Below, one piece after another: positions 1 through 14,871 of a stretch of DNA of 52,425 bases. A program made the translations under genes and the position numbers. The stretch covers positions 1 through 52,425 of the forward strand of contig JAAPAO010000211.1 of NCBI GenBank assembly GCA_013115145.1, written 5' to 3'. The notes under the pieces were generated by a model. That model worked only from the letters and a program-made list of their open reading frames with translations, did no database searches and had not been told where the DNA came from. The number at the start of each line of letters is the position of its first letter. Position 1 is the first letter of the stretch. This DNA is from Perkinsus chesapeaki ATCC PRA-425. Taxonomy: Eukaryota; Protista; Perkinsozoa.

Positions 1-242
1 TGAGGCATTGGACTTGGCGTCCGGGCTTCAGGTTTGGCCTTCTCCCATACTCCCGCGCCTTTGGGATTTCATTCGAACAAGCTATTCGAAATTTCGTGGC
101 GCGCGACGATTTCAAGCGCAAGATACGGCAGCACACTGGACAGATTCTTCTTCAACCTTACAGAGCAAACAACGCAATGTCGTGGAATATTACGCTTTGT
201 GAACGACTCTTAGTGTCGCTGTAAGTTCATACCAGCGCCCCG

Positions 243-5311
<5,069 letters not shown>

Positions 5312-5579
5312 CGCTGTCCGCCGTAGGCCGGAGCCCTCTCCGACCCAATTCATTAGTACCGTCATTCAACTGCTGCTGCCGCTGCTGTCGCACGGCGGCG
5401 GCGGTGGCGGTGTGAGATTGTTAAGCAAGTGAAGCATTGCCTTCTTATTCTGTTGATTGTTCACTACGAGATCATGCATGGCCAGTATGACCAGAATTAG
5501 GCCGATTTGCAATGACAAGAAGGGAGGTCTGTGTTGAGTTAGTATAGTAAATGCCAGGGAGAGGTTGTCTGGAGGTTGC

Positions 5580-6776
5580 ATGAGCGGTCGCCCTCTGACT
5601 GGTCTCGAGGAGATAAGGACGATCTGCGAGGGTTCGGAAGGCATTGATGAGGTTTCGCACGACGAGAACGACATCATGATCAACGGGGATGTGCCCATGG
5701 GCGGCCGCAGCTTGGTGACGGTTTGCAACTTTCCTTGGCGAGTCAGTGTGTCATTATTACAGGCGGCCACGGCACCGTGCATTCCGTTGGGCATCTATTC
5801 TGCCCCGGCAAAGATGCTGCAGGAGTCGGCGAAGTTTTCCTGCCAACAAACGAGCGAGCCGTCGCCGTCGAGTCACCGCGGATACAACAGTCAGTTCGAC
5901 ACGAGTGTGTCGGAGTATCCGTCGCCTCCTCCGGCCAGCTGCAGTCCACCAATGAGGAGGGATGAGTGTATCTCGATGAGCGAAGACACCATGGACGGCG
6001 TCGGTCAGGTCATCGGATTGCAGGTGCTCTTCAGCGAGCACCGGGGTTGCACAGCTTGCCGAGGTTCACGCCGACGCCGGCTCCTCCGCCCAGTAGGAGC
6101 GTCGGGGAGTTTTGACGGGACCTTAGGGTTGTTAGGATCGAAGGGGTTGGCTGGTACGGCTGGGTTGCTGTTTGGTGGACAGCAACGGACCTCGCCGGAA
6201 GTGGAGGAAAGCCGTCGAGATGAGCCTAGTGTGCGGGGTGAGCTCTGGGGAGTAGGGAAATGTGTAGCGTATCTGCGATCCAGGGACAGTGTTCGCGGTA
6301 TTGGGGAGGATGCTCGACGAGGAGAAGCTCACCAAGGAGGATGTCCGACTGGCAATTAAACTGATTGCGAGTACGCTAACCTCCTGCTGGCCCCCCGAAT
6401 GGGTTCCCATCAGATTCACCGAGCTGCGCAGAGGTGGTGCACCAGCTAATCCAAGCTCGACCGACTCTGGAAGCCCAGGCAGAATTCGTTGCTATGTATC
6501 TTGCAGGGCAGAGAGAGCGGTGACCATGCATGCCATGTGATGGTGATGATTGGTGTAATTTCAGTGTCACCCCGGAGAATCGAGTGGAGCCTAGTTTAAA
6601 CAGGGCAGTCTCTCAACCGCCGCCATTCGGTAGGGGGCTGATGTGGTGGCTCTTTAGAATCGGTTGTAGGGCCGAGTCCACACCCTCACTGCATGCCGAT
6701 GATGACACCAAACCAACAGTTCTACTACCCCGGATACGGCGGGTACCCCACCTTTTCACCGGGGGACATGATGTGA
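5580..6776 (+). CDS. Hypothetical multi-exon protein
   Basis: Long ORF 5565-6359 plus GT-AG flanked exons (VFAVLGRMLDEEKLTKEDVRLAIKLIAS; terminal FYYPGYGGYPTFSPGDMM*). No family recognised. Confidence 0.5.
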
Positions 6777-6873
6777 CAGATGGAAGCTGTATTGACTAAA
6801 TGAAGCTTGTCAAGAGTTTATTGCATGTATTCAGTACAGCGGGTTTCGTTTAGTAAAGAACATTTTTGGACAG

Positions 6874-6878
6874 AAAAA
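6874..6878 (-). terminator. RNA Pol III oligo-T terminator of tRNA-iMet
   Basis: TTTTT on the minus strand directly after the discriminator base. Confidence 0.8.
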
Positions 6879-6951
6879 TAGCAGCTCCTTGTTTCGATCA
6901 AGGGACCTTTGGGTTATGAGCCCAACACGCTATCCACTGCGCCAAGCTGCT
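6879..6951 (-). tRNA. tRNA-iMet: Eukaryotic initiator tRNA-Met (CAT)
   Basis: Reverse complement AGCAGCTTGGCGCAGTGGATAGCGTGTTGGGCTCATAACCCAAAGGTCCCTTGATCGAAACAAGGAGCTGCTA. A1:U72 acceptor pair, three G-C pairs in the anticodon stem, CAT anticodon (6916-6918), and the GATCGAAA T-loop typical of eukaryotic initiators. Confidence 0.97.
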
Positions 6952-6956
6952 GCTTG

Positions 6957-7110
6957 AAAACGTAGCTTATCGGAACACCTGCCTCAGATATTGTTCACGC
7001 GTACGGAACCTTCTGTCTTGCGATTGGGAAGCACTCGTAATACCTACGGATTAAGCCCTCCTACCTCAACCCTGGGGGTTGAACCCCCCTCTCGTAGTGT
7101 AGCTGACCAA
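6957..7110 (-). ncRNA. Candidate structured non-coding RNA of unknown family, in tandem upstream of tRNA-iMet
   Basis: Several stems in non-coding DNA. G.U pairs favour the minus strand, and the element ends in TTTT (6957-6960) 5 nt before the tRNA. No match by eye to U1/U2/U4/U5/U6, 5S, SRP or SL RNA. The 5' end is uncertain. Confidence 0.4.
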
Positions 7111-7238
7111 TCTAAATAACTTCTCGCGCGCCCTAAAATAAAAGTTGATATCTTTCACATCGCATTCTCCGTTCACCTCAACTTCAAGCGAGTCTGTTGT
7201 TTTCTCTACACCTTATCAATTTTTTAAGTCGTTCGCCG

Positions 7239-9781
7239 ATGCCGCCGCCTATCTCTCGGAGACAGCCCTACTGTGAAGTCTCCTATTTCGAGACGTGCCC
7301 TTGTTCGTAAAGAGTCGGCTTTTCTATCTCGAAATAGCTTATGTGTTTGTCATGTCGGGTGTCTCGTCAACTGATGTCAACTTGAGGAGGCCATCAGGCA
7401 ATAGCGGAAGGTAGCTGGTCATCTCGGCAAATACGTGCAGTGTCACCTTCAGCGCTGCACGCTCTCGCTCCTGCGTGGCAGCCTGTTTGCCCGGCTCTCA
7501 CACTAGGGCTCGGAGCCAGGACCGAACGGCAGCACACAAGGGTCAGTTGTCCGATACGGTGAACAGCGGCGAGGAGAAGCCTAAGCGGAAGGTTTGGCGG
7601 GCTCGTCCGAGCGCTGTAATAGCGGGGCTTTGGGTGCGCTCTGAGTGGGGTGGCGTAGATACTTCGGATGAAGCCGCGTAACTTGTGCGACTGTATGGAG
7701 GAATTCTTCGATTCTGCCTGTAGCAAGAACCCGATATTTGAGTACGATGGAGACCCGTCGGAAGTGTTTGAGCGGCACAGCAATGTGGACTGCTCTCTCC
7801 TGGAGGAAGCTCAGTGTAGCTAAGACGTTCCTTGCATTTTGAAGGGGAGCTCGCACGCAGGCATTCTGGACCAAGTGGTGGAGAGATTTGGGTCAAGCGA
7901 GGCGTTCCTCGAGTCTGCTTTCGGCACGGACAGAGTTGACGGCGCTGAACTGCGGAGGCAGATGGAAGGGTAGTGCTGTGAGGTGCCGCAGACTGGTCCG
8001 TAAAGCGGCTTAGGTATCTGGCGGAGCTAGGACTGTTTGGCACTGGAGTGGTGGAAGTGAAGAGCTCGAGCAAACTACTTAGTGTTGCGAATGTCGTGAA
8101 AACGCCGCCTGACAAGCACGTGTTGCACCTTACTGGTGGGGGTCGAAGGTGTTGTGTGGAAAGCTGAACGCTGGGATGCAGACACGCCCGTTCCCGCGGG
8201 AATGATACCCGGATTGTGCGCCCATGAGATCGGAACGCACCTGCTCAGGATGCTCAACAACGACCTCCAGGTGAGAGGCTATGGGGAGTGCGCGTCGCTT
8301 ATGGTGGGGATGCAGCCCTGGAGCATCGATCGGCGCCTGTCAAGCGCTAAGGAGCGGCGCTTCAAACTCGAGTATCACTTCGCCACTGAGGAAGGGCTGG
8401 CGACTCTGAACTCGCTAGTGCAGTCGGAGAAAAGGCCGCATAACGCTGAGTGTAGGAAAGCCTGTGGGGTGGGTCACCGAGGGTCTCTGTAGTGTTTCTG
8501 TGGTCCCCGGCACTTCGGTATTGGGCAACAGTCCAGGGTCAGAACCGCACTTTTGTGCAGCTGTACCATCTGCTTGAACGATACATCCAGGACCCTATCA
8601 GGCGGTTCAAGCTGTGCAGTGAGTATAGTAGTGGTATGTGGCTGGGTGGGTGAGATGGTTATTTAGGTAGAGTGAAGAGAGGCATTCGTAATACCGGTGT
8701 GCCGAGTGGGGCGTGCACTCTGGATCAGGCGTAAGTGTCCGGGTCGGGGAAACGATCCGGAATATTGGCGAGAGCGGTATGAAATTGTTAGGCCGTCAGT
8801 AGGGAACCGGTATGGCCTCGTTGTGCTTTCGGTTACAGAAAATTTCACATTCGTTTCACAAGTCGTAGATAGTCACTGTTGTATGAAGCTGTTGGTGATA
8901 GCGCTATTAGTTCTCTGGAGCTCCGATGCATGGAGGTGGTATCCAAGGGTTAGATACTTTCTCGGGGCTGTGGACATCCTGAGGCACTTGGAGTCCATCG
9001 ACTTCGTGCTACTTTACTGCGGTCTTCTCTCTCGGAAGGACCTCCATAAGGTTCGCTTCTGTGCACGTCGGCATGCAATTAGACTGCCTAGATTCCTCGG
9101 CACTGTGGACCGAACCAAGAAGTAAGTTGGGTGTCTCGCTGGGCTGCATCGGCGAGAACAGGTACATTGATGGGCTTCGACAAGTTGCCAGAGTAAACAG
9201 GATCCCGATCGGAGAGTCGCTGTTGGGTGAGTTGGAGGTTTGAAATGGTAAAGTATCGAATCAGGTGACGCAGAGGTACTGAAAAGGTCGTATAACCTCA
9301 CGCAGACGAAGTCGTACTTCCGGCGAAGGTTGCTGAGGGACTTGGCTATGAAGGTAGGTTGCGGTCCGCAACTTGCGTGTTGGAGAGAGAACCAATTGAA
9401 GCGCTGTAGTACCTATCGCTTTAGAGAGGCGCATCGGTCTGAGTGGCCGAGGAAATTATAGTGCATATGCTCTCTTATCAGCACATGGTGGCCATTTACA
9501 GGCACTCTTGTTGTTTCGAGAAGGTATCCGGTTTAAAGTATTCGCAGGGAATATATGCATTACTGTAAATTGCACCGCTCTCCTGAAAGGTTCATTACGA
9601 TCGATCGCGCCACTGGAAGAAGCCCGCTGCTGCGAATGACCGGCGCAAAGATTCCAGCAAGGTTCGAGGCTCTAAAGTGGGCGACGGTGAGGCTTCCTCG
9701 ACGAGTGCACCGAGCAGCAGCAGCGGCGATGAAGTCTTTGAAGTGTCTGCTGAAGACGAGGAAGATTCCCCGGATATGTGA
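7239..9781 (+). CDS. MATCAP/KIAA0895-like (DUF1704) metallo-carboxypeptidase
   Basis: HEIGTH zinc motif (8223-8240), ATEEGLATLNS (~8382-8414), FFDSACSKNPIFEY, FVQLYHLLERYIQDPIRRFKLC and YFLGAVDILRHLESIDFVLLYCG follow the MATCAP order of motifs. Acidic tail ends ...EDEEDSPDM*. Start and end exons are inferred. Confidence 0.85.
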
Positions 9782-9920
9782 TCGGAGATCTCTCGTTGGC
9801 AGTCTTGTCGGCTGCTATATACTTATTTGCACCATGCTTTCGCCCAAGATGTTGTGTCCTTCAACAGTAGTGTGTTGAGCTCCACACAGTACCCTTTGGT
9901 GGGCCGCAGTGTTATCTTTT

Positions 9921-11981
9921 ATGAAGAAGGCTCGGGGGCGATGTCTGGACTGCCCGACAGTAGCAACCGAGTGGATATATATGCTCTTTTCGGCCTTGTT
10001 GGTGATATCTCTCATCACCACAGCTGTCCTGGACGCGATGCGGCCCAGGCTGCCTTATAGCGTTCAAACGGGAGTGCTAGCTACGTCTCTTAAAGCGGAC
10101 CGCACTGTGGGCGAGGCTGAAGCTGGCGTACCTGCTGCGATGGGTTCGGCGGCTCCGTTGTTCCGCGTGCCCGAATGGGGACAGAAACTTGTCGACACAA
10201 CGAATGGGCGCCCCGAAACTGTCGACTTTCTTTTCCCCGAGTTGACGGATGACAGCGAAAGGGAACTGTGGTCGAGGATACAGTGTACGGGCCATAGGCT
10301 TAATAGAACGTGCTTGGTGGAAAATATGTATTATTTCGGTGATGAAGAGCAATTCCTGCTGTTACTCCCGACGCGGACGAGGCTGACTGGGCGCGTGAAA
10401 TCTACACCGTACAAGCAAGCCATGGTAGGCGGCGAGAGCCTTGAGCTTGTCCACTCGGAGCTCAGCGGTCTCAAAGGCGACCGTTCGGGTATTCATTCAC
10501 TGATGTCCAACTGCTCCGATTACTTTAAAGGTCAAACCTTCACCCCAAAGATACTCTACTTCTCCACCGCGCTGGAAGCGGTGGACTGGCTGAATACGCT
10601 ATGGTCTTCTAGGCCACCAACGCTCGTACCGGGCACGACAGGTTACGGATATTCAATGTACCCTCACAATCACGGCCACTTGCTCTATGACGGTCTCTAT
10701 CCGATCTACGTGTCTCTAGTTCGGTTTGGCTACGCTGACGTTCCCTTCAACCTTGTGGTGAAACTGGAAGATCCCCGAGGCGGTCAGCGGTACCTCGCTG
10801 ATGAGCTGTTCCCTATCTTCACTGGGGGTGGCTTCTACAGTAGACTTAATGAGCTTCAAGACACTGTATATCGGTTTGAAATTTTTGTTATGGGGTCTCG
10901 ACGTATGGCCCACCGTAGTTTTAAAACTGACGGTACGCTACCTGGCTCATACACCTTCGAGAACGCCCTTTATTTATTTACAGGCCGACTGCTGTCTCTG
11001 TATAAGCTGGACACTCCCCACTTTGCTGAGTTGGTGGAGGGTGCTTCAAAGGAGTGCACAGGCGTTATTGTTGATAATAAGCGATTCACGCATGACGATA
11101 GGGACATGCTCGAGGCGATAGCGCGCAACTCTGTGGAAACGTTGAAGTGCAAAATCCGCTTTGTGCGGTGGAATGAATATTCATTTAGAGAACAACTGAG
11201 ATTATTCTCTCAATCTGATATATATATTAGCGGTGTTGGCACTGGCATGACTCGGGCCCATCTTGCAAGACCTGGTGGTGTTGTTATCAACTTGGGCGAG
11301 TTCATCGCCATGGGTGACCCGGAGCGGCTTCTTGCTGGGTATCAAGATGTCCAGTTCGCCGTTGGCGCCGCGTATCTTAATGTGCTGTACTATCCTCGAA
11401 AGCTATGGAATGTATTCGGGCGGCTTCGAAAAGAACCAATAATGGTGCTTTTGAAAGAGGCCGTCGCTAGGGTCCGTGCGGGCTCTGCATTGCCAAGGCC
11501 GATGGAGGACGGCTTCGGGCCGTCAACACGGCCGATGGTCGATTACTGTCGACAGCGGCCTGAACTGTGCATCGAGATCGACGGTCAGTTGAACGCTGGG
11601 GACTCTGATGAGTATAGTGAGTGGTGCGATTGGTGCTCCTGGCCTGATTACTTTGGCCTGGTGCCCATGTGGCGGCGCGGTGAAGGCTGTGTTTACCGCA
11701 AAAAAACTGTGAAGTGCCGTCTTGATCACGACGTCTTTGAGAAAGTGGTAGGAGCGGACCATGCTGCCTTTGACGGCAAGTGCCATAGAGAGCAGCAACC
11801 ACGTATGGATGAGATGGCGCAAGATATATTGCGTGCTGAAAGTGCACGATTGGGCACATCCGTGGACGAGCTCGACCCTGCTGTCGCTACCAAAGCTCTG
11901 CTTGAAATGGTTCCGCCCAATTGCCCTCCTCGCTGGCCCTCAGCGAACTCAGCCTGTGACTGTTTCGACATTAGACGATAA
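9921..11981 (+). CDS. Intronless GT61 (DUF563)-like glycosyltransferase, type II membrane protein
   Basis: Uninterrupted ORF of ~686 aa from the ATG at 9921. N-terminal TM (WIYMLFSALLVISLITTAVL), NHGHLLYDGLYPIY, and EQLRLFSQSDIYISGVGTGMTRAHLARPGGVVINLG, which resembles the GT61 C-terminal signature. Confidence 0.75.
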   Translation: MKKARGRCLDCPTVATEWIYMLFSALLVISLITTAVLDAMRPRLPYSVQTGVLATSLKADRTVGEAEAGVPAAMGSAAPLFRVPEWGQKLVDTTNGRPETVDFLFPELTDDSERELWSRIQCTGHRLNRTCLVENMYYFGDEEQFLLLLPTRTRLTGRVKSTPYKQAMVGGESLELVHSELSGLKGDRSGIHSLMSNCSDYFKGQTFTPKILYFSTALEAVDWLNTLWSSRPPTLVPGTTGYGYSMYPHNHGHLLYDGLYPIYVSLVRFGYADVPFNLVVKLEDPRGGQRYLADELFPIFTGGGFYSRLNELQDTVYRFEIFVMGSRRMAHRSFKTDGTLPGSYTFENALYLFTGRLLSLYKLDTPHFAELVEGASKECTGVIVDNKRFTHDDRDMLEAIARNSVETLKCKIRFVRWNEYSFREQLRLFSQSDIYISGVGTGMTRAHLARPGGVVINLGEFIAMGDPERLLAGYQDVQFAVGAAYLNVLYYPRKLWNVFGRLRKEPIMVLLKEAVARVRAGSALPRPMEDGFGPSTRPMVDYCRQRPELCIEIDGQLNAGDSDEYSEWCDWCSWPDYFGLVPMWRRGEGCVYRKKTVKCRLDHDVFEKVVGADHAAFDGKCHREQQPRMDEMAQDILRAESARLGTSVDELDPAVATKALLEMVPPNCPPRWPSANSACDCFDIRR

Positions 11982-12195
11982 CTACTTTTCCCTCTGCACC
12001 CCTTCTGATGTTGCATGCCCGTACTCTGGAGTCCCGATGCCGTGGAGCTGTTGGCTCAGTGGTCCTTCGTTCTTATGCCGCTGTGTGACGTGAATAACCT
12101 ATAGTAATTTATACCGACTGTCGTGCACTATCTGGTCTTTGTATACTTGAACATCCACGTTAACGTGCCAGCTCTTGACTCTTATTCTACCGCCC

Positions 12196-13803
12196 ATGCT
12201 TTGTGTTAATAACCAAGTCACTTTATACGAAAGGACCGTATCGCTTACAATGGGAACGCGTCGCACGATTATTTCTTTAATATTCGCCACGATTCGAAGC
12301 TCGGGCGACCGTGCCGCACTACAAAGATTCCGAATGTATCTTAGCTGCGAAGCTGATATAGACCAACTGAATGGCGAGCTCCCTTTGGACGCTCGGAAGT
12401 GGTTCACTGGGCTTCTCGACTACACTGCCTTTGCCAACCTACCAAGCGGGGTGGGCTGCTTACCTATGATGGGACAGGCCCCAGAGGAGCTGGTGGGCGG
12501 TCCAGAGCGACCGCTTGAGTTCTGGCACTATCCGGTGCAAACACATCCCTCAGATCACCGGCGCGGTTTCATCTACAGTGCGAGTCGCTTGGAGCAGCGA
12601 CGGCCGGTTTCCACAGTTTCAGTGATGGGCCTACATGTGGCATCCTCGTTAGAAGTCGGTCATGCAGTGTCTCGGTTCTGGCCTAACACTACGGTGCATT
12701 ATATGGGACATCCGTGCCTTCATCGCGATGCCAATCACGCCTGCCAGTTCAAAAGAATGATGATGCCATCCTCACCCGATCATGATTGGGTTGGCGAAGT
12801 TATCTGGCAGATATTCGAGGCGGAGACTCTCCATGAGCGCGACTGGGCTCTGGATGAGATCATCGACAAGGCGTTCAGAGCATTTGAGGACCCAAAGAGC
12901 GATCTCTGGATCTGCACTGGTCCACTGCCATTGTGCTATATCATAAGCATTGTCAAACCTCCTTCCACGACCCTTATCGTCCACACGTGCGCCTCGCTCT
13001 TGTGGGGCACCCTGCCACCAGCGAAGGGGCTGCGTCGAGCGGTGCTAGCATTTGCTCGGCAGCTTCTGATGGATGGTAAACTCCTCACCGATTACGAGCT
13101 TACGGCTTTGCAGTATGCCTGGCAGACAGGCCTCGGAGGCACGCGCAGCGTCCCTGTTGTGCACCGAGGAAGCTGGTATCTTCCCGAAGGGGCAGTGTGG
13201 TCCCCACCTTTAGGACCGGTAATGGAAGTCCTGGTGCACCGCGGTAGGTTTTGGGCACGACCAGCGGGTCAGATCTTCCTGAGGGCTCTCGAGGCGATTC
13301 TTGTCGATGCAAGCATTGAGCTTGTGTACGGCAATGAGCTAATGCCGGAAGTATCAACATTCGAGAGCTGGACGAACTACTCTGTTGTAGTTCTCGCACT
13401 GAATGATGTTACTATGTACACCTTTGTCGAGACCTTACACTTGGGTATCCCTATGTTGATTTCCGGCCCTACTTTCGCGGCGAGGAGGCAGAAAAGTATC
13501 AAGTACGGAACCATCGAGGAGGCCTATGCCGAATGTATCGGCGGTAACATAGACGAATCGGCTCCGTTCCTTGACTCCTTGAGTGTCGCTGAAGCCCTCC
13601 TGTTCAGCGACATTAGCACGCTCAGAGAGAGGTTCCCGTCCGAAGGCGAACCTTGGTTGTTCTGGGACACAGTTGATGAGCTGGCCGAGATTCTGCTATC
13701 GCTCACCGTGGAGAAGCTAGTGGACATGTCCTCTGAGACGCTGAAGCTGTCGAGAGCCATCAGGAATGCATCTCGGATGTTTTGGAGTGAACTAGTGGTT
13801 TGA
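12196..13803 (+). CDS. Large single-exon ORF, putative GT-B-fold glycosyltransferase-like protein
   Basis: 542-codon open frame 12175-13803, first ATG at 12196; a short upstream exon near 12015-12089 is possible. The C-terminal segment (VVVLALNDVTMYTFVETLHLGIPMLISGP...WLFWDTVDELAEILL) resembles the nucleotide-sugar-binding lobe of GT-B-like proteins. The family call is by eye only. Confidence 0.55.
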   Translation: MLCVNNQVTLYERTVSLTMGTRRTIISLIFATIRSSGDRAALQRFRMYLSCEADIDQLNGELPLDARKWFTGLLDYTAFANLPSGVGCLPMMGQAPEELVGGPERPLEFWHYPVQTHPSDHRRGFIYSASRLEQRRPVSTVSVMGLHVASSLEVGHAVSRFWPNTTVHYMGHPCLHRDANHACQFKRMMMPSSPDHDWVGEVIWQIFEAETLHERDWALDEIIDKAFRAFEDPKSDLWICTGPLPLCYIISIVKPPSTTLIVHTCASLLWGTLPPAKGLRRAVLAFARQLLMDGKLLTDYELTALQYAWQTGLGGTRSVPVVHRGSWYLPEGAVWSPPLGPVMEVLVHRGRFWARPAGQIFLRALEAILVDASIELVYGNELMPEVSTFESWTNYSVVVLALNDVTMYTFVETLHLGIPMLISGPTFAARRQKSIKYGTIEEAYAECIGGNIDESAPFLDSLSVAEALLFSDISTLRERFPSEGEPWLFWDTVDELAEILLSLTVEKLVDMSSETLKLSRAIRNASRMFWSELVV

Positions 13804-13938
13804 GTGTCCCTCGTCGGGTGGTGTTCGAGTTGTTTAATCTCGAAGAGCTGACTTTGAACTCGATGCCGAACTGGTGAAACGGAGGAGATCAGCGTATGAT
13901 AATCACAATAATAGTAAATGAGATAAACAATAGATAAA

Positions 13939-14703
13939 TTACTGAGGCAGCTTGCCTTCTTGTGCCGCCCACTCGACGAGCTGTCGACGGAAGCCTCGGT
14001 TAGAGAGAAGGTACACTCGCCGATCGTGGACGTAGGCTGCCGCCTGGAGGATGTCGACATCCTTTTCGAGAGCTACCAGCGCAATTGCGCAGAACCTACA
14101 GATACCGAGTTCGATTCCACTGCGCATCATTTACGTACCCGCTCCTGTTAATTCCCATTATACAGTGGACGAGCGCTGAACCGCCTTTGCTCTTCGCATC
14201 GTAGTAGTGCTCTTTGCACTTTTTAAAAGCCGTTATTATATCAAAATCTTCAGTGTCTTCGCAGGGAATGCCCAAGTAGGCAAAGTCAGGGCCGTAATAC
14301 TTCTGGTCGGTGTTGATGTAGCTACTGGCCATATTGATGACATGCGTAATGCCGAGCTGTCGGAGTCGGGCGCTATTGCGAGCCTGCATCTCATTCCCTG
14401 ACACCATGACACTCATGCACAAATCGATCAACCGTTTCACACATCGCACCGAACAACTTTCCCACGAGTGATGAAAGTCTCCATATAGCCCCATCGAAGC
14501 CCTAGCCCGTCCCCCCAGCGACACCTGGATCTATTACCCAAGTAGAGGTCGTCAAGCAGTTGAGTGGGGCCGTACTCGGGGCCGGTCACTTTGGTATTGG
14601 TTGTGTCCAAAATCTTATCGAGCTCTTTCGTTACTTCGCTGATTCGATCTGTGCCAGCAGAGAGCTCTGTAATGGGAAGGCTTATATCAACGGATGGCGC
14701 CAT
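13939..14703 (-). CDS. Dual-specificity protein phosphatase (atypical DSP)
   Basis: Three exons: GPTQLLDDLYLG|NEMQARNSARLRQLGITHVINMA...ALVHCIMGINRS|...LLSNRGFRRQLVEW. The HCxxGxxRS P-loop is intact. Confidence 0.93.
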
Positions 14704-14871
14704 AACCTTATAAAAATAGATACAATTCTCTTCAATTCATTAGCACTGTCGTTAGCAAGAATCTTGCAGTCTTGCATAACCTTGCATTTCCTCAACCGAT
14801 ACCCAATTTTCTTACCACACAATATTGTTGCTTTTATTGATTTTGATCCTACCGTCTAGTAACCAATATCA
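14704..14871. promoter_or_regulatory. 168-bp AT-rich divergent intergenic region between DSP (-) and the FCP1-like gene (+)
   Basis: Head-to-head ATGs at 14703 and 14872. The region is pyrimidine-rich and ends in ...CCGTCTAG 11 nt before the plus-strand ATG. Confidence 0.55.

Noticed and set aside
7043-7050. Spliced-leader RNA gene (minus-strand TCCGTAG resembles the start of the dinoflagellate/Perkinsus SL)
   Set aside because: Only 7 nt match. The conserved CCATYTTGGCTCAAG/GT continuation is absent.
7131-7137. Telomeric or template motif CCCTAAA on the plus strand
   Set aside because: Single copy with no partial second repeat for alignment; expected by chance.
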